From Sphingomonadales bacterium (GTDB lineage: Bacteria > Pseudomonadota > Alphaproteobacteria > Sphingomonadales > Sphingomonadaceae), in assembly GCA_038202745.1 (NCBI GenBank), contig JBBRER010000003.1, forward strand, positions 676-64,675: a stretch of DNA of 64,000 bases, written 5' to 3'. The notes beneath the pieces were generated by a model, which did no database searches, was not told the DNA's origin, and worked only from the letters and a program-made list of their open reading frames with translations. Shown here piece by piece: positions 1 to 9,146 of the stretch (the first letter of the stretch is position 1; each line of letters opens with the position of its first letter). Position numbers and translations under genes: made by a program.

Positions 1-245
1 GCGGGGTCAGTGAGTTCGTTGAAGCGGAGGTGATTGGTGCGCCGCGCGCGCACTGTCAGCCGGTACGGGCCGACCGGCTCGCGATCGGTAAAGTAAACCA
101 TGATTTCGACCGCCGCGTCCTCGTCGCCGGCATTGAGGATGCACGCGGCTTCGTGGCTGAGCAGCGGGCGGTCGGCGCCGGGCAGGCTCTCGCCGGGAAT
201 GAAGCCTTCGGGAATCACCCAGCAGGTACGGCCGGGCGCGGTCAT
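1..245 (-). CDS. sensory-rhodopsin-transducer-like (ASRT family) protein, C-terminus cut by window edge
   Basis: Not in the ORF track because there is no stop in the window. Manual translation from ATG 245..243 gives MTAPGRTCWVIPEGFIPGESLPGADRPLLSHEAACILNAGDEDAAVEIMVYFTDREPVGPYRLTVRARRTNHLRFNELTDP. From memory this tracks the Anabaena ASRT N-terminal half (GRTCWAIAEGYIP, ILNAGDEDAHVEI, EPVGPYRLTVPARRT.H.RFNDL). ATGA overlap with the stop of the upstream TPP-enzyme gene. Confidence 0.65.
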   Translation of the reverse strand, partial: MTAPGRTCWVIPEGFIPGESLPGADRPLLSHEAACILNAGDEDAAVEIMVYFTDREPVGPYRLTVRARRTNHLRFNELTDP

Positions 246-2001
246 GGCAACAATTGCCCGAGTGTGCGCGAGACCAGCGTTCCGCGGTCCGGCTCGGCCC
301 ACATCGACGTCGCGAACGCTTTTGCTTCGGCGAGCGAAATGTGCGCGGGCAGCGGCGGGACGTCGGGATCGGTCTTGAACTCGATCACAACCGGACGCCG
401 CGCCGCCAGCGCGCGGTCCCACGCATCGCCGACCACCGCAGGGTTATCGCAGAAGATGCCCTCGAGCCCGATCAGTTCGGCAAACTTGTGATAGGCAACG
501 TCGGGGAGCGACTGCGACGCATCGAACCGCGGGTTGCCCGCCATCGCGCGCTGCTCCCAGGTGACCTGGTTCAGGTCCTCGTTGTTGAGCACCATCACGA
601 TCAGCCGCGGGTCGGCCCAGCGCTCCCAGTATTTGGCGATGGTGATGAGTTCGGCCATGTTGTTCATCTGCATCGCGCCGTCACCGACCATGGCGACAAC
701 CGGGCGCTGAGGGTGCGCGAACTTGGCGGCGATCGCATAAGGGACGCCCGCGCCCATCGAAGCCAAGCCGCCCGACAGCGACGCCATCATCCCGCGCCTG
801 ATCTTGAGATCGCGCGCATACCAGTTGGCGCACGAGCCCGAATCGCTGGTCAGGATGACGTCGTCGGGCAACCGCGACGAAAGCTCCCAGAACGGCAGCT
901 GCGGATTAACCGGCTCGGCTTCGGCGTGGGCGCGCGCGTCGAGCGTCTTCCACCAGTCGCCGAGCCAATCGGCGATCGTTTCGCGCCAGCCGGTGTCGGG
1001 CTTGGCCTCGAGCAACGGCAGCAGCGCCGCCAGCGTCGCCTTCGCGTCGCCCGTGAGATTGACCTCCATCGGATAGCGGATCGACAGCATGCCCGGATCG
1101 AGGTCGATCTGGACCCCGCGCGCCTGGCCTTCCTTGGGCAGGAACTCGGCATAGGGAAAGCCCGACCCGATCATCAACAGCGTGTCGCACTGCGCCATCA
1201 TATCGAAGCTGGGCTTGGTCCCGAGCAGTCCGATCGATCCGGTCACCCACGGCAAGTCGTCGGGCAGCACTTGCTTGCCGAGCAGCGCCTTGGCCCCGCC
1301 CGCACCCAGCCGGTCGGCTACCGCTATCGTCTCGTCCGCCGCGCCTTTCGCGCCGGCGCCGACGAGCAGCGCGACTTTCTTGCCGGCGTTGAGCACATCG
1401 GCTGCGCGGCGTAGATCGGCAGCGGTGGGAACCACAACGGGGGCCGTCCAGCCGACGCCCGAAAACACCGCCCCATGCTCGGGCGGCGGCTGCTCCATCG
1501 GCAGGTCCTGGAGATCGGCGGGCAGGATCAGTGCGGTGACGCGCCGGTGGCCGAGCGCGATCCGCACCGCGCGGTCGATCAGATGCCGCACCTGCGCAGG
1601 CACGCCGGCGGTGTGGACAAAGGCGCCGGCGACGTCGTGGAACATCGCGCCCAGATCGATTGCTGGTAATGCGCCCCGATCGCGGCGCGGGGGGCTTGGC
1701 CCACGATCGCCAGGACGGGCATGTGATCGGCCTTGGCGTCGTACAGCCCGGTGATCAGGTGCGATGCGCCCGGCCCCGAGGTGGCGAGGCAAACGCCGAG
1801 CTCGCCGGTGAACTTGGCGTGCGCCGAGGCCATGAACGCCGCCATCTCCTCGTGACGGACCTGGATCAGCTCGATTGCCTGATCGCTGCGCTGGAGCGCT
1901 CCGAGCAGGCCGTTGATGCCATCGCCCGGATAGCCGAACACGCGCCTCACGCCCCAGTCGTGCAGGCGGGCCCAGACAAAATCTCCGACCGTTTTGCTCA
2001 T
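242..2001 (-). pseudogene. thiamine-pyrophosphate enzyme (pyruvate oxidase / acetolactate synthase-like) interrupted by a 1-nt frameshift
   Basis: The N-terminal part (MSKTVGDFVWARLHDWGVRRVFGYPGDGINGLL...GPGASHLITGLYDAKADHMPVLAIVGQAPRAAIGAHYQQ) is in the frame of ORF 1579..2400. The remainder (IDLGAMFHDVAG...MVGDGAMQMNNMAELITIAKY...VLNNEDLNQVTWEQR, a TPP-binding GDG...NN motif) is in the frame of ORF 242..2191. The frames meet at about 1655-1665. Total length is 1760 nt, one short of a multiple of 3. Confidence 0.75.
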
Positions 2002-3185
2002 GCGCTTGCCGCCTTCCTGACCGGCGAGGCCGATTTGGTCGGCATCGCCGGTTGACCAAAGCGAGCGAGCAGGTGCGGCCCCAGCGCATCGACCGAAGCC
2101 GCGCCCAGCAACCCGATCGCGTCGCAGGCTTCCTCGTGAATAATTTCCAGCGCCTTGCGCGCACCGGCCCGCCCCGCCGCGCCCAGCCCATAGAGCGGCG
2201 CGCGCCCGGCCATCACCGCGTCCGCACCCAGCGCCAGCGCCTTGAGCAGATCGGTGCCGCGGCGCACCCCGCCCGACACAAACAGCGTCATCCGCGGACC
2301 GACCACATCGCGCACCCGCGGCAGCACGTCGAGCGGCGCCACCGCCCAGTCGAGCTGACGCCCGCCGTGGCTGCTGAGCACAATCCCATCGACCCCGCAC
2401 GATGCCGCGATGCGCGCATCGTCAGGGCTGAGGATGCCCTTGACGATCAGCGGCCCGTCCCAGCGCGCACGGATCGCGCGCACGGTGTCCCACGACAGCG
2501 ACCGGGGCATCTGCTTGCGAATCCATTGCGCGCTGGCGAAGAACCCGCGGCTGTCCTCGGGCACGAACTCGATAACGTTGACGAACGCGGGCATCCCGCG
2601 GCGCAGCGCGCGCCACAACCAGCCCGGGTGCAGCGCCGCCTCAAGCACGGTCGAAACCGAGGGTAGGCCATTGGCGCCGCGCGTGCGGTCGTCCCATTCG
2701 CGATTGCCGAAAATCTGCGAGTTGGTCGTCAGGACCAGCGCCTCGCACCCGGCGCGCGCGGCGCGATCGACCAGCGCGCGCCAAATCCGGTCTTCCCCGA
2801 TCACGTAAAGCTGAAACCAGTGACGCAGGCCCGCGACCGCGGCGACGTCCTCGATCCGGTCATTGGACATCGTGCTCTGGACGAAAGGAACGCGGACATC
2901 GCGTGCAGCGTTGGCCAAGGCGACGTCCGCGCCACGCTCGAACACGCCGTTGAGCCCGGTCGGAGCGATCGTCAGCGGCATCGGCGCGGGCACCCCGAAC
3001 AGCTCGACATCGAGCGTGCGCGCCGCGACGTCGACGAGCGTGCGCGGGACGAAGCGCCACTCCGCGAACACCTCGCGCTCGCGCCGCAGCGTCGCCTCGT
3101 CCTCGGCGCCGCCTTCGAGATATTCGAGCGCGAAGCGCGGCAGCCGCCGGTGCGCCCGCGCGCGCAGATCGGCGACGGTCCGCAT
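1998..3185 (-). CDS. FMN-dependent alpha-hydroxy-acid dehydrogenase (L-lactate dehydrogenase/glycolate oxidase-like)
   Basis: MRTVADLRARAHRRLPRFALEYLEGGAEDE... with the SSHGGRQLD and GGVRRGTDLLKALALGA motifs of the LldD/FMN-dehydrogenase family. ATG at 3185. ATGA overlap with the TPP-enzyme start at 2001. Confidence 0.85.
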   Translation of the reverse strand: MRTVADLRARAHRRLPRFALEYLEGGAEDEATLRREREVFAEWRFVPRTLVDVAARTLDVELFGVPAPMPLTIAPTGLNGVFERGADVALANAARDVRVPFVQSTMSNDRIEDVAAVAGLRHWFQLYVIGEDRIWRALVDRAARAGCEALVLTTNSQIFGNREWDDRTRGANGLPSVSTVLEAALHPGWLWRALRRGMPAFVNVIEFVPEDSRGFFASAQWIRKQMPRSLSWDTVRAIRARWDGPLIVKGILSPDDARIAASCGVDGIVLSSHGGRQLDWAVAPLDVLPRVRDVVGPRMTLFVSGGVRRGTDLLKALALGADAVMAGRAPLYGLGAAGRAGARKALEIIHEEACDAIGLLGAASVDALGPHLLARFGQPAMPTKSASPVRKAASA

Positions 3186-3247
3186 CCTTTCGAGGTTACG
3201 GCCCGCATAGAAACTCCGGCGAGGTGTGCCACCCAGTTGAGCGCCGT

Positions 3248-4138
3248 TCACGTGCGGCGCACCGTCGCGCAGCGGATGTCGCGGTCGGATTGCGAAAAAT
3301 AAATGCGGATCGCGCCGTCGTGCTCGACCGCCGAAGCGGCGAAAGCGATGTCGGTTCCGCCATCCTCGTTCACGCCGTCGGGCGATACCAGCGGTTCGTC
3401 GCAGCGCGCGACGACGCGCGAAAATCCTTTGTCGAAAGTCGCCCAGCCGATCCGCCACGCGGCGTCTTTGGTCGCGCCGTTGTAGAACATCACTGGCGCG
3501 TCGCCGTTCTCACCGATGACCGGTCCGGGGCTCAGATGCCAGCAATCCCATTTGTCCTCGCGCGGCTCGATCGGCCCGGCCTTGCGCTCGCGCCACGGGC
3601 CATCGAGCCTCAGTGCAGCAGCCTCGCCGATGAGCGAGGCTTCGTCGCGCGCGAACTCGAAGAACAGCCGCCATCCGTCCTCAGCGCGGACCAGCGTGGC
3701 TTCCTTCGGGTTCTTGAACGCCGCGGTCGAATCGAGCGCCACGCCCTGCTTTTCCAGCGCCCGCGCATCGTCCCCGCGCGCCATCATAATCCGCCCGGTC
3801 TGCTCCGCCTGGTTCCAGCCGGTGTACCAGACGCGCAAGCCATCTCGCCCGGCGAGGACCGTGGGGTCTTCGCAGCCGTCGAGATCGGGCTTGTCGGGGC
3901 CGGGAAACAGCGCGGGCGCGATATCCATCTCGAAATAGAGCCCATCGTTCGAGACCCCGTGCCAGATCTCGGCCATCTTGAGCCGCGGTTCGTCGTCGCG
4001 TCGCGGCACCGCGCGCACCATGATCCGCCAGCGCTCACGATCGCGCCACACGAACGGGCTCAGCACGTACATTTCGGCGAGGCGGTTGGTCCGCGCCATC
4101 GTCAACGGTTCGACCGAGACGAGCTCGAATCCGCTCAC
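3248..4138 (-). CDS. GH130/DUF377-like beta-propeller glycosidase or phosphorylase family protein
   Basis: C-terminal part of ORF 3248..4933. It carries a GCEDPTV motif (GH130-type G-x-EDPR-like) and repeated W/Y-rich beta-strand segments. The GTG at 4138 overlaps the SDR stop (GTGA). An alternative ATG start is at 4099 (MARTNRLAEMYVLSPF). Confidence 0.55.
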   Translation of the reverse strand: MSGFELVSVEPLTMARTNRLAEMYVLSPFVWRDRERWRIMVRAVPRRDDEPRLKMAEIWHGVSNDGLYFEMDIAPALFPGPDKPDLDGCEDPTVLAGRDGLRVWYTGWNQAEQTGRIMMARGDDARALEKQGVALDSTAAFKNPKEATLVRAEDGWRLFFEFARDEASLIGEAAALRLDGPWRERKAGPIEPREDKWDCWHLSPGPVIGENGDAPVMFYNGATKDAAWRIGWATFDKGFSRVVARCDEPLVSPDGVNEDGGTDIAFAASAVEHDGAIRIYFSQSDRDIRCATVRRT

Positions 4139-4923
4139 GCGCCCTGGCCCAGATTGCGGCTCAGCCCGCCATCGAGAGTGAACGTCGCACCGGTCGCGTA
4201 GTCGGCGGCGCTCGAGGCGAGGTAAAGCGCGAGCTCGGCGACTTCCTCGGGCTGCGCCGCGCGCTTCATCGGGATGCTGGCGGTCTCCTCCTCGCGCTTC
4301 TTGGGATCGTCGATCGCTTCCTGGTTCATCGGCGTCAACACCATCCCGGGCGCCAGGTTGTTGACCGTGATTCCGTGTTCGGCGAGTTCGAGCGCCATGC
4401 ACCGGGTGAGATTGCGCAAGCCGCCTTTGGACGCACAGTAATCGCCCGCCCCGGCGCGGGGAATGTCCTCGTGGACCGAGGTGATGTTGATGATCTTGCC
4501 CCCGGCTTCGGCGCCCTTGGCGGCGCGCACGAAGGCACTGCAGAACAGGAACGGGCCGACCAGGTTGGTCTCGAGCACCTTGCGGAACTGGTCGGCCGGC
4601 ATTTCGCCGACCGCGATGCCCGAGGCGTCGACTCCCGCCGAATTGACCAGCAGCGTGGGCCGCCCGAAGCTCTTTTGAGCGGCGGCGAAGACTTGGTCGA
4701 CATACGCCTCGTCGCGCACGTCGCCGCCGATCGCTTCGGCGCGTCCGCCCGCGGCCACGATGTCGGCGACCACTTGCGCCGCTGCTTCGGGGTCGTCGTG
4801 GTGCGCGACGATCACCGCGGCGCCTTCGCGCCCGAAACGGCGCGCGATCGCCGCGCCGATCCCCGAGCTGGCGCCGGTTATCACCGCGATCTGAGTGGCT
4901 AGCGATGGCATTGCATTCTCCAC
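4135..4923 (-). CDS. short-chain dehydrogenase/reductase (glucose 1-dehydrogenase-like)
   Basis: TGASSGIGAAIA Rossmann motif, NSAG, catalytic Y-x-x-x-K (YCASKGG), and a C-terminal ATGATFTLDGG. Confidence 0.85.
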   Translation of the reverse strand: MENAMPSLATQIAVITGASSGIGAAIARRFGREGAAVIVAHHDDPEAAAQVVADIVAAGGRAEAIGGDVRDEAYVDQVFAAAQKSFGRPTLLVNSAGVDASGIAVGEMPADQFRKVLETNLVGPFLFCSAFVRAAKGAEAGGKIINITSVHEDIPRAGAGDYCASKGGLRNLTRCMALELAEHGITVNNLAPGMVLTPMNQEAIDDPKKREEETASIPMKRAAQPEEVAELALYLASSAADYATGATFTLDGGLSRNLGQGA

Positions 4924-5109
4924 GGTCCGGCACGGGCGAGCGAAGACCGCGCTGGTTGCCTAACGCACGAAGCGTCTTGGCGGATTAGCCGATTCCGGGG
5001 CTGGCTTGCGCCATTGTGCGCGAACCGCGCGGTCTCGCGCCGGGTCGTGCGTCCGTTGGGCCGCCACGAAAGTTATCCGCTTCGTCACCCCCGCAGCCGG
5101 GGAGCCAAA

Positions 5110-5625
5110 GTGAGACAAATCCACAAGTTCGCCCTGTTGGCCGCCGCCGCGGCCGCGCTGCCCGTGGCCGCGATCGCCGCCAACATCGTCCAGACCGCCA
5201 AGAGCGACGGCCATTTCACGATGATGCTCAAGGCGGGCGAAGCCGCGGGTGTCGCCGGCTGGCTCCAGTCGCCGGGTCCGATCACCGTATTCGCGCCGAA
5301 CGACGATGCGTTCGCCAAAGTGCCCAAGCCGATGCTCGACGCGCTGATGAAGCCCGAAAATCGCACCAAGCTTAAGATGACGATGGGCAATCACGCGGTT
5401 GCCGGCCTGGTGATGGTTGCGGACATCGACAAGGGCTTGGCGATGGCTCCAGCGGTCGCGGTCCCGGCGATGAACGGGATGCCGCTGGTGATCAAGCGCG
5501 AAGGCGGCGTTCTCACGGTCAACGGCGCGCACGTCGTCAAGGGGCCGATGAAAGTCGATAACGGCCTCGTCTACGTGATCGACGCGGTGCTCGTGCCGCC
5601 GATGCCGATCCAGCCGCGCCTGTGA
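5110..5625 (+). CDS. secreted fasciclin (FAS1) domain protein
   Basis: GTG at 5110 preceded by GGAG. Signal peptide KFALLAAAAAALPVAAIAA. FAS1 motifs TVFAPNDDAF and NGLVYVIDAVLVP. Confidence 0.85.
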   Translation: MRQIHKFALLAAAAAALPVAAIAANIVQTAKSDGHFTMMLKAGEAAGVAGWLQSPGPITVFAPNDDAFAKVPKPMLDALMKPENRTKLKMTMGNHAVAGLVMVADIDKGLAMAPAVAVPAMNGMPLVIKREGGVLTVNGAHVVKGPMKVDNGLVYVIDAVLVPPMPIQPRL

Positions 5626-5643
5626 ATTTAGGGAGACTGAGAC

Positions 5644-6141
5644 ATGGCTACCGTTGTTGAAAACGATGCGGCATTGCGCCGCGACCGTTACGTCCTCACC
5701 GCCAATTCGGGCGCGCTGCTCGTCAATTACGCGCTCGTCCTGGTCTTCGTGTGGTTCGGTGTGCTCAAGTTCACCCAATACGAGGCAGCGGGAATCGCCC
5801 CGCTGGTGATGAACAGTCCGCTGGTCGGCTGGTGGCACCAACTGTTCGGCATCGCCGGCACTTCGCGCATGCTCGGCGTCTACGAAATCCTGACCGGGGT
5901 GCTGATCGCGCTGCGCCCGTTCAATCCGCGGCTCGCCGCGATCGGCGGGGCGATGGCCACGATCACTTTCGCGATCACGCTTACGTTCATGCTGAGCACC
6001 CCCGGCGTCGTCCAGCCCGGATTCGACACCCCGCTCGCGCTGTCGAGCAACCCGGGCCAGTTCCTGCTCAAGGACGTCGTGCTGCTCGCAGCTTCGATCT
6101 CGGTGCTGCTCGGCGCGCGAGCCGAAATGCGCACGCGCTGA
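5644..6141 (+). CDS. DUF417 (YkgB/RclC-like) inner-membrane protein
   Basis: Four hydrophobic segments with FVWFGVLKFTQYEA and LKDVVLL motifs that I recall from the YkgB family. Confidence 0.7.
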   Translation: MATVVENDAALRRDRYVLTANSGALLVNYALVLVFVWFGVLKFTQYEAAGIAPLVMNSPLVGWWHQLFGIAGTSRMLGVYEILTGVLIALRPFNPRLAAIGGAMATITFAITLTFMLSTPGVVQPGFDTPLALSSNPGQFLLKDVVLLAASISVLLGARAEMRTR

Positions 6142-6146
6142 AGCGA

Positions 6147-6233
6147 TGGTGCCCAGAAGAGGACTCGAACCTCCACGCCCTTGCGAGCGCCAGCACCTGA
6201 AGCTGGTGCGTCTACCAATTCCGCCATCTGGGC
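6147..6233 (-). tRNA. tRNA-Leu (anticodon CAG)
   Basis: The reverse complement reads GCCCAGATGGCGGAATTGGTAGACGCACCAGCTTCAGGTGCTGGCGCTCGCAAGGGCGTGGAGGTTCGAGTCCTCTTCTGGGCACCA. It has a 7-bp acceptor stem, a long variable arm, a TTCGAGT T-loop, the anticodon loop TTCAGGT and an encoded CCA. Confidence 0.9.
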
Positions 6234-6375
6234 ACGGGTGGCATCGCGCGCAGTCGCCGCGAGGTGCCGGGTAGGAGCGCGCCGATAGCGGGGGGCCTGG
6301 GAGCTGTCAACGCTCACGCGGGCGGTGCGCGGACGGCATTGCGCGGCGCGGCGCGAGTGTGCAAAGGCTCACATC

Positions 6376-7338
6376 ATGACCACACCGCTCGACACGCGTT
6401 TGCGCGACCGGCTGGTGGTGCTCACCGGCGGCAGCGGCTTCTTCGGACGGCATCTCGCGCAAGAGCTGCTCGCGCGCGGCGCACGGCTGCGGATCGCCAG
6501 TCGCCACCCCGAGCGCGCGTTCCGGGTTAAAGCGCTGGCCAATCTCGGGCAGGTTCAGTTCGTCCGCTGCGATGTGACCGATCCGGCCGCGCTGACCCGC
6601 GCGATGGCCGGCGCCGACGCCTCGGTTAACCTGGTCGGCGCGTTTTCGGGCGATCTCGATGCGCTCCAGGGTTCGGGCGCGGGGAAGATCGCCGCCGCGG
6701 CCAAGGCGACGGGCGCCGGGGCATTCGTGCACGTCTCGGCGATCGGCGCCGATGCCGAAGGCGAAACCCGCTACGCGCGGACCAAGGCGGCGGGCGAAGC
6801 CGCGGTGCTGGCGGCGTTCCCCGGCGCGACGATCCTGCGGCCTTCGGTGCTGTTCGGCCCGGACGACGCGTTTCTCAATTTGTTCGGGCAGCTGATCGCG
6901 CGGCTTCCGGCGCTGCCGGTGTTTGGGCCGGAGGCGAGGCTCCAGCCGCTGTTCGTCGACGACGCCGCGGCGGCGGCGGCGAACGCGCTGGCCGATCCGG
7001 CGCGTCATCGCGGCAAGACTTACGAGATCGCCGGACCCGAGGTGGTGACGATGCTCGAGCTAAACCGCCGCATCGCCGCCGCGCAGGAACGCCGCCGCGG
7101 GTTCGTCGCGCTGCCCGACTTCGTCTCGCAAGCAATCGCCACCCTCACCGGCTGGCTGCCGTTCGCGCCGATCACGCGCGCGCAGTGGAAACTGCTTCAC
7201 GCGGGCAACGTCGCCGCACATGGAACGCGGGATCTCAAGGCGCTGGGAGTGACGCCAAGGCCGCTCGGTCTGTTCCTCGATCGCTGGATGACCAGGTACC
7301 GCGGCCAGGGACGCTTCAGCGACCGGCTGGCGACTTAG
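6376..7338 (+). CDS. NAD(P)-binding complex I NDUFA9-like / NmrA-type epimerase family protein
   Basis: VVLTGGSGFFGRHLAQELLARG Rossmann motif, YARTKAAGE (Y-x-x-x-K), RPSVLFGPDD. Confidence 0.8.
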   Translation: MTTPLDTRLRDRLVVLTGGSGFFGRHLAQELLARGARLRIASRHPERAFRVKALANLGQVQFVRCDVTDPAALTRAMAGADASVNLVGAFSGDLDALQGSGAGKIAAAAKATGAGAFVHVSAIGADAEGETRYARTKAAGEAAVLAAFPGATILRPSVLFGPDDAFLNLFGQLIARLPALPVFGPEARLQPLFVDDAAAAAANALADPARHRGKTYEIAGPEVVTMLELNRRIAAAQERRRGFVALPDFVSQAIATLTGWLPFAPITRAQWKLLHAGNVAAHGTRDLKALGVTPRPLGLFLDRWMTRYRGQGRFSDRLAT

Positions 7339-8006
7339 GCGTTCACATCCGCGTAGTGGCTCGGCGGCTGGATCACTTCCATCCGCTCGGCGAGCAGCGG
7401 ACGGAAGCTCGGGCGGCTCTTGAACACCGCGTACCAGCCTTGCGCCTGCTCGTGCCCCGACCAGTCGAGACCCCCGAGGTAATCGGCGACCGAGACTTGC
7501 GCGGCGGCGGCCAGATCGGCGAGGCTCATCGTCGCACCGCCGAGCCATGGCCGGTAATCGATCAGATGATCGATATAATCGAGGTACTCGTGCGCGAGCT
7601 TCATCGCGCGGCGCAGCGCGGTGCTGTCGGGCGACTGGCGCATGAAGATGCGCTTCATCATCCGCTCCTGGAGCAGCGGCGCGGCAACGTCGGCGTAAAA
7701 GTTCTCGTCGAACATCGCCACCAGGCGGCGGATTTCGGCGCGCGCGGGCGCGGTCCCGACGATCAGCGGGGCGCGCTCGGTGGTCTCCTCGAAATATTCG
7801 CAGATCGCGCGGCTGTCCGACAGCGTCAGCGGCTTGGCCGGATCGTGGAGCACCGGGGTGCGCCCGGCGTGGTTGAGGTCCATGAACTCGTCGCGCCGCT
7901 CCCACGGATTTTCGCGGCGCAGTTCGTAGGCGACGCCTTTCTCGCTCAGCATCAAGCGCACTTTGCGACTGAACGGGCAAAGCGGAAATTGGTAGAGCTG
8001 CCACAT
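7335..8006 (-). CDS. glutathione S-transferase family protein
   Basis: MWQLYQFPLCPFSRKVRLMLSEKGVAYEL (thioredoxin-like N-domain with CPF) plus a helical C-domain. ATG at 8006; an alternative upstream ATG is at 8018. Confidence 0.85.
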   Translation of the reverse strand: MWQLYQFPLCPFSRKVRLMLSEKGVAYELRRENPWERRDEFMDLNHAGRTPVLHDPAKPLTLSDSRAICEYFEETTERAPLIVGTAPARAEIRRLVAMFDENFYADVAAPLLQERMMKRIFMRQSPDSTALRRAMKLAHEYLDYIDHLIDYRPWLGGATMSLADLAAAAQVSVADYLGGLDWSGHEQAQGWYAVFKSRPSFRPLLAERMEVIQPPSHYADVNA

Positions 8007-8130
8007 GGCCCGGTCCATGCCGCAGCGCGCCCGTGGCGTCCACCTCCGGGCAGCCAATTGCGCCGTGGATAACCGCGATTCCAAGCCCTAGAAGTCGCTC
8101 TTGACGGTCAGCTTGAAGGTCGGCTGGACT

Positions 8131-8550
8131 TCAGCGCCGACCGGCGTCGGGCAAGGCGCTGTCGAGGATCGACAGACAGGGACGCATGACCGCATCGAGC
8201 GCCGCCGCGCGACTGGGTGCTCGCGCCAGCCCGGCCTGGAAGTCGGCAAGGCTGCGCCGGGCGAGTTCGGTAACCTGGGCGCGGGTAGCGCCGGTATCGT
8301 CGATCAGCTTGGCGGTGGTGCGCACGAAGAACTCGCGCCCGCGCTGACCGAGCGGCGGGTAAGCGGCGGCGTAAGGCAGCCCCTTGGCCTGATCGGCGGC
8401 GACCACCGCGAAGGCGGTCGAGCAGCGCAGCGCGGTCTGGTGCGCGAGCGTGAGCCGAGGGAGCGGGGCGGGCGCGGGAGTTTGCGCGGCGAGCGCAGCG
8501 GACGCGAGCGCCGCGGCCAAGACAAAACGAGTCAACATCGCGCGGCTCAT
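8131..8550 (-). CDS. hypothetical secreted protein
   Basis: ATG 8550 preceded by GAAGG. Signal-peptide-like MSRAMLTRFVLAAALASAALAAQ. High GC3. I recognise no family. Confidence 0.45.
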   Translation of the reverse strand: MSRAMLTRFVLAAALASAALAAQTPAPAPLPRLTLAHQTALRCSTAFAVVAADQAKGLPYAAAYPPLGQRGREFFVRTTAKLIDDTGATRAQVTELARRSLADFQAGLARAPSRAAALDAVMRPCLSILDSALPDAGRR

Positions 8551-8642
8551 AACACCTTCAAGCTGAACCGCAGCCCCTGACGATTGACCGCGCCCACGCC
8601 GGCGATAGAGTGGCAATTCGAAACCCACGGAGGAGACGCGGC

Positions 8643-9020
8643 ATGTACAGCCACAACATGGTCGGATCGAACGACATCGACCGGTCGAAAAAGTTCTACG
8701 ACGCGACGTTCGAGGCGATGGGCGGCAAGGCCGGGATCAAGGACGACAAGGGACGCCTGATCTACATGCACGGCGGCGGCATTTTCCTCGTCACCCCGCC
8801 GATCGACGGCCAGCCGGCAAGCGCGGGCAACGGCTGCACGATCGGCTTGGCGATGGACAATCCCGAGCAGGCCAATGCCTGGCATCAGGCGGGCGTCGAG
8901 AACGGCGGGACCGCGATCGAGGATCCGCCGGGCGTGCGTTCGGGCGGGATGGGCGATCTCTATCTCGCCTATCTGCGCGATCCCGACGGCAACAAGCTCT
9001 GCGCATTGAAGCGAATGTAA
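8643..9020 (+). CDS. VOC (glyoxalase/bleomycin-resistance/dioxygenase) family protein
   Basis: GGAGGAG Shine-Dalgarno before ATG 8643. MYSHNMVGSNDIDRSKKFYD...YLAYLRDPDGNKL is typical of VOC-fold proteins. Confidence 0.8.
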   Translation: MYSHNMVGSNDIDRSKKFYDATFEAMGGKAGIKDDKGRLIYMHGGGIFLVTPPIDGQPASAGNGCTIGLAMDNPEQANAWHQAGVENGGTAIEDPPGVRSGGMGDLYLAYLRDPDGNKLCALKRM

Positions 9021-9146
9021 CCCCCTCCATCGTCCTGCGGACGGTCCCCTCCCCATCGCAAGTCGATGGGGAGGATCGAACGTTGCAAATCCTCCCCATC
9101 GACTTGCGATGGGGAGGTGGCAGCCGCGTAGCGGCTGACGGAGGGG
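9021..9146. repeat. REP/MITE-like compound palindrome between convergent genes (probable bidirectional terminator)
   Basis: CCTCCCCATCGCAAGTCGATGGGGAGG (9048-9074) and its exact reverse complement (9091-9117) are 16 nt apart. Each copy is itself a hairpin (CTCCCCATCG/CGATGGGGAG). Partially complementary outer arms lie at 9021-9047 and 9118-9146. Confidence 0.7.

Noticed and set aside
30-1414. Plus-strand ORFs 30..491, 100..378 and 254..1414
   Set aside because: They overlap the ASRT-like and TPP-enzyme genes on the opposite strand and have no motifs. The minus-strand products match known families.
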